NCBI GenBank assembly: GCA_965200315.1
Contig: OZ241362.1
Coordinates: 1,824,001 to 1,888,000 of the forward strand
DNA length: 64,000 nt
Origin: Candidatus Latescibacterota bacterium
GTDB taxonomy: Bacteria > Latescibacterota > UBA2968 > UBA8231
Reading direction: 5' to 3'
In this document: in pieces, positions 38,734 to 48,547 of the stretch
Layout: each line of letters opens with the position of its first letter
Numbering within the stretch: the stretch's first letter is position 1
The notes under the pieces: generated by a model
What the model saw: only the letters and a program-made list of their open reading frames with translations
The model's database searches: none
Told to the model about the DNA's origin: nothing
Position numbers and translations under genes: made by a program

Positions 38734-41133
38734 TTAGAGCTTCTCAGCGCGCCGCTCGCGAACTTGCAAAAGGGCCGGCAGCAGGGTGACGGACGTGATA
38801 AAACAGGACCCCAAGCCCACCAGCGAGAGTACGCCAATCGACGTGAGCGCCGGGTGAATGGCCGGCACCAACCCCGAAAAGCCGACCATCGTCGTCAGCG
38901 ACGTAGCCAACAGCGCGACCCCGGTCGTGCGCAACACCAGCCGTAGCGAGCCGCGGCCGACTTCTTGGTAGCGGTGAAAGATGTGGACGCTGTTGTCAAT
39001 GCCCATGCCGATAATCGTCGGAAAGGCGACCATGTTGTAGAGGTTGAGCTTGATGTCAAACGCATGCATGAAGCCCACGACCCATATCAAGGCGTTCAAA
39101 AGCGGCGTGAGCACCAGCAAGGTTTCGACGAAACTCCGCAGGTCAATGAGCAGGACCACCGCGACGACCGCGAGCGTGAGGATCACGGCGAGGGAGCTAT
39201 CCTCGAGCATGACCTTGAGCATTTCGGCGACGATGATGTGCGAGCTAGAGGCTATGTAGGCCTTGCCCGTCGGCGTTTCAATACGGCTGATTTCCTCGGC
39301 AAAGCGGATGGCGTCTTTTCCATCCTTGAGCTCGACTGCGGCGTTGATCGCCACGAAGTTGAGGATGTTGCCCGCCTTGTCCTTGAACGCGTTGGTCAAG
39401 TCCGCCGGCAGGTCGTAGAGCGTTAGCTTTTTCACGTCTAGGTACGGGCGCAGCGAGTCCAGTTTAGCTCGCTCGCTCTCGCTGAAGAGTCCCTCTTCCC
39501 GGTCGAGCGAGGTGCGCATGTCGGCGATGAGCGCCAGCTTGGCGTCTTGGTCTTGCGGCAGCGCAGAGTACACGCTCTTGACGCTGAGGACGGTAGTGGA
39601 ATCGCCGTGGGCAGCCTTGATGCCCTCGACCGTGCGAACCACCTCCATAGCCTCGTCGTAGCTTTCGGTCAGGACAATGGCCGGCGAGCGGCCTTCCTTC
39701 AGGCTCTGAGGCAGGCTGCCCTTGTTGATGTTGGGCGGCGGCGCGGGCTTGAGCTTGCTGAAGTCGTATTCAAATTCCAAATCGCCGAGGTAGTACAGCG
39801 AGTACCCGGTGATCACGGTGCCTATCAGCAGGGAGGCCCAAGGCTTTGGGTAGCGACCAGTGCGCCACAGGACGCTTCGCTTGCGGATCGGAATGACCAA
39901 TCGCAGGCGCTCGGCGAGGACGATGAAGGCCGGGCATATAGCAACCATGGCCACCAGCGAGAAGAGGATGCCGGTGCCCACGATAAAGCCGAACTCCGAG
40001 AAGCCCTTAAAATCCGTCAACAGCAGCGAATAGAAGGCGATCGAGGTAGTAAGCGCCGTCGTAGTCAGGGCCTTGCCCGTGTGCCGGACGGTCACGGTCA
40101 GGGCCTGTTCGATATCCATTCCTCGGCGTCGAGCCTCGCGGTAGCGGGCGAAGATGTGAATGCCAAAGTCGATGCCCAGCCCAAAGAGGATGGCGAAAAG
40201 CCCCACGGTGATCATGTTGAGGCTACCGATGGCCAAGTAGGTGACGCCAAAAGTCCAAGTTAGGCTCATCAGCAGCGGCAAGGTGATGAAGAGCGAGCCA
40301 ATTACTTGGCGGAAGAGCAAGGTGATGAGCAGGAGCACGCCGACGATACTGTACAAGGCCGTTGATTTGAGGTCTCGGATAATGATCGTGAATTGGTTGG
40401 CGCTGTTTTGAAAACTGCCCTTGTACACGCATTCAATGCTGGGATGGAAGCGCTCCGGGCCGATGGCGGCAATGGTCTGGTTGAGATGGTCGATTAGAGC
40501 ATGTGAAAATGAAACATCCGTGGTAAGCCCGGCCGGATAAAGCCGGAGGATAAAGCCGTTGCCCTCTCGCGTGAGGACGTACTGGCGGTATTGCGCTGCG
40601 ACCGCGGCGGCCGCTCCGTCCTGCTGGTACTTGGCCTCGATATCCGAAAAATCGAGTACCTGCTCTTCCTCGTCGTCAAAGGCAAAGTAGAGCGGCGACT
40701 GCTTGAGCTTTTGCAGTTCTATGTGCTCGTCGAGGCGGCGGTTGACTTCTCGCAGGTCCTCTAAGTCCATGTAGAGCAGCCGGTTTTTTTCGAGCAGATC
40801 CTTTTTGCTGTCGAGGCGGCTCACCGAGCTGATCAGCGGGCTGTGTTCGAGCGAATCGGCCAAGACCTGCATGAAGGAGGCGGCCGCGTCCAAGTCGTCG
40901 CTGGTGATGACGACCATCAGTGGGCCGATGCCGCCGATGCGGGCCTTGATGCGGTTGAGTTCCCTGACGCTGACGTAATCATTGGACAGGAGATCGGCGA
41001 AGTCGGTCTTGATGTTTTGGGCCAGCTTGGCGGCGAAAAATCCGGCAAATACCGACAGTATAGTGGCCAGCGCAATTATGCCGATGTAGTGGTGGTAAAT
41101 GTAGCGGACCAAGCGCTGGTGGCTTATGGGCAT
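38734..41133 (-). CDS. MMPL / RND family transporter (HpnN-like)
   Basis: Two-repeat TM architecture with LFGLGIDFGIH..ARY.E and IIGMGIDNSVH..HRY.E. Confidence 0.9.
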   Translation of the reverse strand: MPISHQRLVRYIYHHYIGIIALATILSVFAGFFAAKLAQNIKTDFADLLSNDYVSVRELNRIKARIGGIGPLMVVITSDDLDAAASFMQVLADSLEHSPLISSVSRLDSKKDLLEKNRLLYMDLEDLREVNRRLDEHIELQKLKQSPLYFAFDDEEEQVLDFSDIEAKYQQDGAAAAVAAQYRQYVLTREGNGFILRLYPAGLTTDVSFSHALIDHLNQTIAAIGPERFHPSIECVYKGSFQNSANQFTIIIRDLKSTALYSIVGVLLLITLLFRQVIGSLFITLPLLMSLTWTFGVTYLAIGSLNMITVGLFAILFGLGIDFGIHIFARYREARRRGMDIEQALTVTVRHTGKALTTTALTTSIAFYSLLLTDFKGFSEFGFIVGTGILFSLVAMVAICPAFIVLAERLRLVIPIRKRSVLWRTGRYPKPWASLLIGTVITGYSLYYLGDLEFEYDFSKLKPAPPPNINKGSLPQSLKEGRSPAIVLTESYDEAMEVVRTVEGIKAAHGDSTTVLSVKSVYSALPQDQDAKLALIADMRTSLDREEGLFSESERAKLDSLRPYLDVKKLTLYDLPADLTNAFKDKAGNILNFVAINAAVELKDGKDAIRFAEEISRIETPTGKAYIASSSHIIVAEMLKVMLEDSSLAVILTLAVVAVVLLIDLRSFVETLLVLTPLLNALIWVVGFMHAFDIKLNLYNMVAFPTIIGMGIDNSVHIFHRYQEVGRGSLRLVLRTTGVALLATSLTTMVGFSGLVPAIHPALTSIGVLSLVGLGSCFITSVTLLPALLQVRERRAEKL

Positions 41134-41142
41134 GGCAGAGAG

Positions 41143-41757
41143 TTAATCCCGCTTTGCACCGCCTGAAGGCGGCGAGAGGCGGGCCAGTTGCTTTTCGAGC
41201 TGAATGATGAGCTTCTCGTAGCCATTTTTTTCGATGTAGCGGGCATAGCGCCGCCTGTTGCCCTCGGCCGTGCTGACGCCGTCGATGCCCAAGTCGTATA
41301 TCCGCCACACACCCTCCACCCGATGGAGCTTGTACTCGATCTCTATTTCCTCATCTCGCACCGGTGCCAGCGCTTGGACGACAGCCGCGTCTCCTTGCAC
41401 CGCGGCCGACTCGTAGCGGATCTCGCCCTCTCGGTAGTAGCGGGAGAAGCTGTCGAAATTCTGCTCGCGGATGATACTGCTGAAGGTTTCGGCGAAGTGG
41501 TCGCGCTCAGCCGGGGAGCGGCCTTCCCAGTGATCTCCCAAGGCGAGACGGCTCAATTCCCGGAAGTCAAAGGCCGCGTTGATGTGCTTTTTAAGGTCTT
41601 CCTGCACGGCCGGGGACAGCGAGTCGGCCGGTGCCTCAGCGAGGATGGCTTGCACTGCGGCGGCGTGGCTTTTGAGGAAGGCAATGGGATCGTCGGTAGC
41701 AGGGGCAACAGCCGCGACGGCGAGGACGCCACACACACCGCACCATATCGTTTTCAT
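41143..41757 (-). CDS. MlaC/Ttg2D/HpnM family lipid-binding protein
   Basis: FDF.ELSRLALG.HW, WRIYDL.IDGVS....R..Y..I...G motifs; RBS AGAGGAG. Confidence 0.88.
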   Translation of the reverse strand: MKTIWCGVCGVLAVAAVAPATDDPIAFLKSHAAAVQAILAEAPADSLSPAVQEDLKKHINAAFDFRELSRLALGDHWEGRSPAERDHFAETFSSIIREQNFDSFSRYYREGEIRYESAAVQGDAAVVQALAPVRDEEIEIEYKLHRVEGVWRIYDLGIDGVSTAEGNRRRYARYIEKNGYEKLIIQLEKQLARLSPPSGGAKRD

Positions 41758-43031
41758 TGTGAATTCTCCTCTTTGTACGCGCCGTTGGGGGCGGGGAGTC
41801 CACCGCAGTAGCTGACGACGCGCCCGCCGTCAAAAGCCTCGCGCGTCCACACGCGCAGATCAGCGTAGTACGCCTCCGCGTACGAACGAGTCGAATTGGC
41901 GTCTGTGAGCAGCGCCAAGCCGATGGTGCGCTTGGCCGGCCGGCCGCCGAGCTTTTCCCGATGGTGCTTTTCCAAGTCAACCACCTCAAAGGTCCACTTG
42001 TCTAAGTTGGTCGTCCCGCTTTCGACGACGAAAAACCAAGGCCGGAATATCTTGTTGCGCCGGCCCACCGTGCCTTCGGGCAAGCTCGTGCTCCACACGT
42101 ATTTGAGCTGTTTGGGAACCCCCATCCAATTCTTGGAGAATATAACGTACAAACCAGCCGCGCTGTCGTTGGCGTCGTCGAGAAACTCGTTACCCCCCCG
42201 CGGCAAGGCCGCGGCGCGCCAGCACCAAGTCATAATCGGGTACTGGCGAGGATTCCAGTGGACGAATTTCCCCATGATGATCGAATGGCTCGAATCGCGC
42301 GCCGCCATGTAGCTCCGGGGACGACCCTCTACTCGGTAGAGCACGGGCTTGTGCCGATCCTTTTTCTTCCATGGCCCCCACTCCAAGGGCTGCGCTCCAT
42401 CCCAAGTAGCAGCAAAGTCCTCAAGGACGACAAACTCGCGCTCAGCGAGCTGAGCCTCCATCACCGGCGGCGAATGACCACCGTCAATCAGTGCCTGGTA
42501 GCGACGCCTGTAGTGGCTGGAGACGGACCTGCCGTCGATCTTCAGCTCGGCGATTTTCCAAGTTCCGTCTGAGAGAATCAAGTCGGCCTCCACGCTGTAC
42601 AAGTGCGTAGCCGATAACGCGCTAAGCTGCGCCCGGCCCCGCTGGCCATTCACTTCGAGGCTATCCAAGCGCAAGCCGCGCAAGTCCTCAGCAGCAAGCT
42701 GGGCTGCCAAGTCCACGCTGAGGCGGTGCTGATAGGCCCTAGCTAGTCGGTTGCGATAGTGCTCGACGAGGTGTGTAAAGCACGGAGCGGCTAGCAGGTC
42801 TTGGTAGTCGTCCAACGACTTTTCGAGATAGTCGCCAAAGGTCGCCGCCGCAAATTCGTCCACAGCCAAGTGCTTGCTGACTAAGCGGTCGGTCCCGTCG
42901 GCGCGCTCGCCGTCGGGAGCCTCCAACAGCACGTTCAACCGCGCTACGGCCTCCGTCGCCCAAGCCGCGTCGGCCCAGCCTCCGCCCGGGCTGGCCAAAG
43001 CCAACAGCAAGACTGCGTTAAGGAGTCGCAT
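41754..43031 (-). CDS. Fusion of a MlaC-like N-domain and a DUF3047 C-domain
   Basis: WKIAELKIDGRSVSSHYRRRY (MlaC end), then YP.MTW.W....LP.GG.E......DSAAGLYVIF, LKYVWS..LP.GT, TDANST (DUF3047). Confidence 0.7.
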   Translation of the reverse strand: MRLLNAVLLLALASPGGGWADAAWATEAVARLNVLLEAPDGERADGTDRLVSKHLAVDEFAAATFGDYLEKSLDDYQDLLAAPCFTHLVEHYRNRLARAYQHRLSVDLAAQLAAEDLRGLRLDSLEVNGQRGRAQLSALSATHLYSVEADLILSDGTWKIAELKIDGRSVSSHYRRRYQALIDGGHSPPVMEAQLAEREFVVLEDFAATWDGAQPLEWGPWKKKDRHKPVLYRVEGRPRSYMAARDSSHSIIMGKFVHWNPRQYPIMTWCWRAAALPRGGNEFLDDANDSAAGLYVIFSKNWMGVPKQLKYVWSTSLPEGTVGRRNKIFRPWFFVVESGTTNLDKWTFEVVDLEKHHREKLGGRPAKRTIGLALLTDANSTRSYAEAYYADLRVWTREAFDGGRVVSYCGGLPAPNGAYKEENSQ

Positions 43032-44382
43032 CGCGCGGGATCAGTTTGAGACCGCCCGTGGCTTTTTCGAGACGGGCGACGCTGAGGTTGAAGTCGTACA
43101 GGGCTTGGCCGTAGGCTTGTTCGCGGCGGGCCCAAGTCTCAAAGGCGGTGATCAATTCGCCGATGGTCTGCGGGTCGAACTCAAAATCGTCGCGGGCTTC
43201 CCGCAACCACTGCCGGGCCAATTGCCGGCTCTGGCGCGCGTCTTGCAAATCGCGGTCGGCGCGGCGATAGTCCAAATAGGCGCGGTGGACATCTAAACGG
43301 ATCCCTTCCTGCACACCCGCTACGCGCACTTCGAGCGCACGGTATTCAGCGTGTGCCCTATCTACATCTGCTGCCAACAAATGCCATTCCAACGATTGCC
43401 GCACTCCGAGGAAGACGCCGCCGTTGAAAAAGTTGAATTCATCTTTGACGAATGGGTTCCGCTGGTCGGTGCGCCCAGGAGCCATAGCGTAGCGCAAGCC
43501 GCCGCCGACAAACACTTGGGGCTGGTACGCAGCGCGGGCGGCTTGGGTGAGGGCCTGTTTAGCGGCGAGGCCCGCCTGTAGCTTGCGCCATTCCGGTCGC
43601 AGGTCGAGGGCTCGTGCGACCAATTCGTCTAAGGGCGGGACTAAAGCTGCCACCGGCGAGAGCCGCTCGGCCCGGAGCAGGAGCGGCGCATGGCTAGGCA
43701 AGCCCGTGCGCCAAGCGAGTGCCGCCCGCGCCAAGGCCAATTGGTCACCAACCTCGCGCTGCTGCACGGCCAAGTCGAGCTGGGCCAGCCGCAACTTGTA
43801 GCGGTCGGAGGACGAGCGCGCGGGGTCGTCTTCCAACTCTTCGGCCCTGCTAGCCAACTCATCGCTTACGCGCTGCGCCAAGGAGTGTAGATCTTGGGCT
43901 AGCAGCAGTCCGTAGTACAGCTCCTCGACGGCAAAGGCCACGTCCAACCGAGTCTGCGACAGCTCGGACTGCTCCACATCGACCCCTCGGGTGGCGGCCG
44001 CGGCTAAGTGGCGGGCGAGACTAAAAGGATAGAGCGGCTGCACAAATTGCAACTCAGCGCGCACAAAAGGCCCCAAGGATGGGATACCCGTGGTATCAGA
44101 GGGCGGATTGAACACGCTGCCCATAGCGTCTGGGACTAGGCCACTTTCGCTGTCGATGCGCAGGCGAGGAAGAATTTTGGCGGCCGCGGCTTGGCGGCGA
44201 CGGGCCGCGGCCGACTCGACCTTCCAGCGGCCGCTCGCAACGTCGCCATCGTGCTCCCAAGCGCGGTCGATAAGCTCAGTCAGCGTCCAGTGCTTGTCGG
44301 GCATTTCGGCGCGGGCCGGGAGGGTGGGCAAGCACATGGCAAGGCCCCAAACCCCTAGCCATAAGGGGATGTAAATTTGCAT
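43018..44382 (-). CDS. TolC family outer membrane protein
   Basis: Signal peptide, LTL.ELI..A, two OEP repeats (LPRL..QPLY; YQPQV), C-terminal A.LEKATG. Confidence 0.85.
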   Translation of the reverse strand: MQIYIPLWLGVWGLAMCLPTLPARAEMPDKHWTLTELIDRAWEHDGDVASGRWKVESAAARRRQAAAAKILPRLRIDSESGLVPDAMGSVFNPPSDTTGIPSLGPFVRAELQFVQPLYPFSLARHLAAAATRGVDVEQSELSQTRLDVAFAVEELYYGLLLAQDLHSLAQRVSDELASRAEELEDDPARSSSDRYKLRLAQLDLAVQQREVGDQLALARAALAWRTGLPSHAPLLLRAERLSPVAALVPPLDELVARALDLRPEWRKLQAGLAAKQALTQAARAAYQPQVFVGGGLRYAMAPGRTDQRNPFVKDEFNFFNGGVFLGVRQSLEWHLLAADVDRAHAEYRALEVRVAGVQEGIRLDVHRAYLDYRRADRDLQDARQSRQLARQWLREARDDFEFDPQTIGELITAFETWARREQAYGQALYDFNLSVARLEKATGGLKLIPRDATP

Positions 44383-44600
44383 GCCAGTGGGAGGTCTCAG
44401 CGGCGGAAGAGGCGGAATTAGCGGTGGTAGCGCGAGTCCGTCATTATTTTTATAACTTGTTAAAAATAGTTAAGTTAATATACAGACTGTGCTATTTAAC
44501 GTCAATGCTCCAGCCTGTCTGTTGCTTGGATCATGCAACACCCGACTACTATGTTTCATGCACCTATGTTTTGCTTAAAACGCACGAATAAGCGGGCGCA

Positions 44601-47360
44601 ATGCAGCCGACTTTAGTCGTCCGGGAAGCCTGCGAACACAACCTGCGCACCGTCTCCTTGGAGCTGCCCCACGAATCCCTCGTGGCCGTCAGCGGTCCGT
44701 CCGGGTCGGGCAAGACCTCCCTCGTATTGGACACGATTTACGCCGAGGCGCGTCGGCGCTTCTTAGCGGCGCTGGACCAAGGAGGCGGCTGGCGCACATT
44801 GCGCGTACCTAAGGCCCGCCACATCGACGGCCTAGCCCCCGCCCTCGCGCTAGCCGGAGGAACTGGCCGCCAGAGTCCCCGAGCCACAGTGGCGACCCTG
44901 TCCGGTCTGTACGATCTATTGCGCCTGCTCTTTGCCCGCGTCGGTCGGCCCGGCTGTCTCCACTGCGGAGGGCAGGTTCAGACGCATCGCTTTGAGGAAG
45001 CAAACGAAGCGGCTGCGAGCATGCCAGATGGCACTCGTCTGATGATTCTCGCACCGCGCCGGCGGCAGGAAGACGAGCCGCCCGAGCAAGTTCTCGCTGC
45101 GATTGATCGCGCCGGCTACCGCCATGTGCGCCTCGACGGACGAGACCTGCTGCTGGAGGACGTCGCGCCCAAACGCGTCGCCCGCGCCCAGCACCTGTCC
45201 GTGGTCGTCGATCGCCTCATCGTCAAAAAAGGCATCGCGCGCCGCTTGCAAGGGTCGCTGCAAGCGGCCTTGCAAGCGGGCGACGGCCAAGTGGTGCTTT
45301 CCACCCCAGACGCAGGCAGCGACCTAATTTTTGCCGTGCGTCCGGCGTGCTCGGCCTGTGGCACACCCTTCCCACCACTAGAACCCGCGCTGTTTTCCTT
45401 TAATAGCGCGGCCGGGGCCTGCGCGGCGTGCCGGGGCCTCGGGGTGCAGAGCGGCTTGAGCAGCGAGCAGGTCTTCGCCGGTGGGCAGGCGACGCTCGAA
45501 AGAGCCTTGGGTCCCCTGTGGCACGACTTTGGGCACGGCGATTTGCGCGACCGCCTGCAAGCCTTCTGCCGGCGGCACCAAGTCGATCCCGAACAGCCCG
45601 TGGGCGACTGGCCAAGACAAGTGGCCAAACGGCTGTGGCATGGAGAGGCCCGGCGAGGCCGGTTTATTGGTCTAGCGCGTTGGCTAGAGCGCGTCAGCGC
45701 CAAAGCCGAAGGCGAGGAATTGGCCTATCTCGAAGAACGCCTCGACGATGCGCCGTGTCCTAGCTGTGCCGGAGCGCGCTTGCGGCCCGAATCCCTCGCA
45801 GTAGAATTGGGCGGAGCCTCGATTGCCGCGGTCGGTGAATGCGCAGTTGTCGCGGCGACCGAGTGGCTCGAAAACCTCGATTTCCCCGCTGCTATAGCTC
45901 CCGTCGGAGAGGCCATCCGCGGCCAAATCAGCCGCCAGCTGAACCTGTTGCAAGAGTTAGGACTGGAGTATCTACAGCTGAACCGCCGCGCCGACACCCT
46001 GTCGAGCGGGGAGTTTCAGCGGCTGCGCCTCGGATCCGCCCTGTCGTCGGGCACCACGCAGATGCTCTACGTGCTCGACGAACCGAGTGCCGGTTTGCAC
46101 GCGCACGACGCCGCTCAGCTCCTAGATGCGCTCAGAGCACTGCGCGATGCTGGGAACTCCGTGCTCCTAATCGAACACGACGCCGCGATCTTGCGCGGGG
46201 CCGACTGGCTGGTCGATATGGGGCCGGGCGCGGGGACCGCCGGCGGACAGGTCGTGGCCGAGGGTACGCCAAGCGAGGTAGCAGCAGCCGAGTCTTTGAC
46301 CGGACGCTATCTTCGCGGCTCGCTGCAATTGCCACGCACTCGGGCGCGCCAGCCACAGGGCTGGTTGGTACTATCCGGTGCCCGCGGCCACAACTTGCGC
46401 CAACTCGACGTGAAGTGGCCGTTGGGAACTTTGACCTGCGTGACCGGGGTTTCCGGGTCGGGCAAAAGCTCGCTGGTCAGCCACACCCTGCATCCGCTCT
46501 TGGCGGCTAAACTGCACGGCGCTCAGCGGCGACCCCTGCCCTATAGTGCTTGCACTGGAATCGAGCAGGTGGCACGCGTCGTCGCGGTTGATCAGCGGCC
46601 CATCGGCCGCAGCGCGCACTCGAATGCGGCGACCTACACGGGGTTGCTAGCGCCGATTCGCCGCCTGTTTGCCGACCTGCCCGAAGCTCGCCTGCGGGGC
46701 TACCGAGCCGGACACTTCAGCTTCAACGCCCCGGAGGGAGCCTGCGATCGGTGCAAGGGCCGGGGGGTACACAGCACACGCCGGGGCGCCTTCGACGATC
46801 TCGAAGTCGTCTGCCCCGCTTGCAGCGGACGGCGCTACCGCGCCGAGGTCTTGGACGTGCGCTTCCGCCAGCACCATATCGCCGAAGTGCTGGAGCTGAG
46901 CGTGGCCGCGGCGAGCGAACTTTTTACGACGGTGCCCCAAGTCGCGCAGCGGTTAGCAACCCTCGCGGAAGTGGGCTTGGGTTATTTGCACCTCGGCCAA
47001 CCAGCGACCAGTTTTTCCGGCGGCGAGGCCCAGCGGGTTAAGCTGGCCGCTGAACTGGGCCGCTCGCGTCAAGACCACGCGCTCTACATCCTCGACGAGC
47101 CGACTGCGGGACTGCACTTGGAGGATGTGCGCTTGCTGCTCGCGCTCTTGCAGCGCTTAGTTGACGAGGGCAATACCGTAGTGGTAGTTGAACATCACAT
47201 CGAATTTATCGCGGCAGCCGACTGGGTCATTGACTTGGGGCCAGAAGGCGGCCAAGCTGGCGGGGCAATCACAGCTTGTGGACGACCCGAGGAAGTGGCT
47301 GGCACGGCCGGCTCCCACACGGGCGCGTACTTGCAGAAGCTGTTTGCCGCGCAAGGCTGA
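44601..47360 (+). CDS. uvrA: Excinuclease ABC subunit A, divergent
   Basis: A.EHNL, GPSGSGKT, FSFNS..GAC..C.GLG, TLSSGE.QR, LDEPS; second NBD GVSGSGKS, FSGGEAQR, LDEPT. Confidence 0.9.
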   Translation: MQPTLVVREACEHNLRTVSLELPHESLVAVSGPSGSGKTSLVLDTIYAEARRRFLAALDQGGGWRTLRVPKARHIDGLAPALALAGGTGRQSPRATVATLSGLYDLLRLLFARVGRPGCLHCGGQVQTHRFEEANEAAASMPDGTRLMILAPRRRQEDEPPEQVLAAIDRAGYRHVRLDGRDLLLEDVAPKRVARAQHLSVVVDRLIVKKGIARRLQGSLQAALQAGDGQVVLSTPDAGSDLIFAVRPACSACGTPFPPLEPALFSFNSAAGACAACRGLGVQSGLSSEQVFAGGQATLERALGPLWHDFGHGDLRDRLQAFCRRHQVDPEQPVGDWPRQVAKRLWHGEARRGRFIGLARWLERVSAKAEGEELAYLEERLDDAPCPSCAGARLRPESLAVELGGASIAAVGECAVVAATEWLENLDFPAAIAPVGEAIRGQISRQLNLLQELGLEYLQLNRRADTLSSGEFQRLRLGSALSSGTTQMLYVLDEPSAGLHAHDAAQLLDALRALRDAGNSVLLIEHDAAILRGADWLVDMGPGAGTAGGQVVAEGTPSEVAAAESLTGRYLRGSLQLPRTRARQPQGWLVLSGARGHNLRQLDVKWPLGTLTCVTGVSGSGKSSLVSHTLHPLLAAKLHGAQRRPLPYSACTGIEQVARVVAVDQRPIGRSAHSNAATYTGLLAPIRRLFADLPEARLRGYRAGHFSFNAPEGACDRCKGRGVHSTRRGAFDDLEVVCPACSGRRYRAEVLDVRFRQHHIAEVLELSVAAASELFTTVPQVAQRLATLAEVGLGYLHLGQPATSFSGGEAQRVKLAAELGRSRQDHALYILDEPTAGLHLEDVRLLLALLQRLVDEGNTVVVVEHHIEFIAAADWVIDLGPEGGQAGGAITACGRPEEVAGTAGSHTGAYLQKLFAAQG

Positions 47361-47380
47361 GCGGTTGCGGAGTCTTTCTT

Positions 47381-48547
47381 TTGGATATTCAAAAAATACA
47401 AGCCTATATGCAGCAGGAGAGGATCGGCGCTTGGTTGGTGTACGATTTTCGCGGCAGCAATCCGGTCTTGTGGCAGCTCTTGGGCCAGCGGCGGCAAACG
47501 ACCCGGCGCGTCTTTCTCATCGTGCCGGCGGCGGGCGCACCGCGCTTGCTCGGCTCGGCGGTCGAGCCGGCGGCCCTCGCCGGGCTAGGCGTGGAGATCG
47601 CTCATTACGCTAGCTGGCAACAGCTACATACCCTGTTGCGCGATGCAGTGGGCGGGCTGTCGCCGGTGGCGATGGAATACTGGCCCGGCGGGGGGCTGCC
47701 CGCGGCGTCTTGGGTCGATGGCGGCACCTTAGAGTTGGTGCGCTCCCTCGGCCCCGCGGTGGTGTCTTCGGCCGATCTGTGCCAAGTCGCCTTGGCCACC
47801 TGGAGCGCGGACGCACTCGCCTCGCACCGCGACGCCTGTCGCCAAGTGGCCCAAGTCAAGGACGCGGCCTTTGAATACATACGCCGTCGCCTCAGCACTG
47901 GCCTCACTGAATTCGACGTCCAAGCATTCATCGTGACCGAACTAGAGAGGCGCGGCCTCGACATCGGGCATCCGCCGATCGTCGGCGTCAATCGCAACAG
48001 CGGCAATCCCCACTACGAGCCGCGCGCGGACACGGCCGCCCCCATTGAGCCGGGTGCTTGGATTCTCATCGACCTGTGGGCGCGCCACCCCGGGGAGCAG
48101 CACGTGTTTGGCGACATGACTTGGGTCGCCTTTGCCGGTCCGCGCATGCCAGCGGCCCACGCTGCGGTATTTGCCGCGGTGCGTACAGCGCGCGATCAAG
48201 TGCTGGCGCGGCTCGACGCTGCGTGGTGCGCTGGCGAAGTGCTGCAAGGCTGGCAACTCGACCGCGTGGCGCGCCAAGTCATGACAAAGCGCGGCTTGGG
48301 CGAGCAATTCGTCCACCGCACCGGGCACAGCCTCGGCCCGGGGCCGAGCATCCACGCACTAGGCGTGAACCTCGACGACCTAGAGACCCACGACGCGCGG
48401 TCGATTCTGCCGGGCACGGGCTTTTCCGTGGAGCCAGGTGCGTATCTGCCGGAGTTTGGAGTACGGCTCGAAGTCAATGTGTACGTGGATCCAGAAACTG
48501 GACCGGAAGTTACGACCCCCATCCAAAACGACGTCGTCTTACTTTGA
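47381..48547 (+). CDS. M24 family (Xaa-Pro) aminopeptidase
   Basis: WLVYDFRGSNP, PHY, LIDLWA, HRTGHS, FSVEPG.Y, GVRLE motifs; TTG start after GGAG. Confidence 0.9.
   Translation: MDIQKIQAYMQQERIGAWLVYDFRGSNPVLWQLLGQRRQTTRRVFLIVPAAGAPRLLGSAVEPAALAGLGVEIAHYASWQQLHTLLRDAVGGLSPVAMEYWPGGGLPAASWVDGGTLELVRSLGPAVVSSADLCQVALATWSADALASHRDACRQVAQVKDAAFEYIRRRLSTGLTEFDVQAFIVTELERRGLDIGHPPIVGVNRNSGNPHYEPRADTAAPIEPGAWILIDLWARHPGEQHVFGDMTWVAFAGPRMPAAHAAVFAAVRTARDQVLARLDAAWCAGEVLQGWQLDRVARQVMTKRGLGEQFVHRTGHSLGPGPSIHALGVNLDDLETHDARSILPGTGFSVEPGAYLPEFGVRLEVNVYVDPETGPEVTTPIQNDVVLL

Noticed and set aside
48058-48543. Long N-terminal extension of QueC
   Set aside because: It overlaps the M24 peptidase in another frame; QueC homology starts at TTG 48544.
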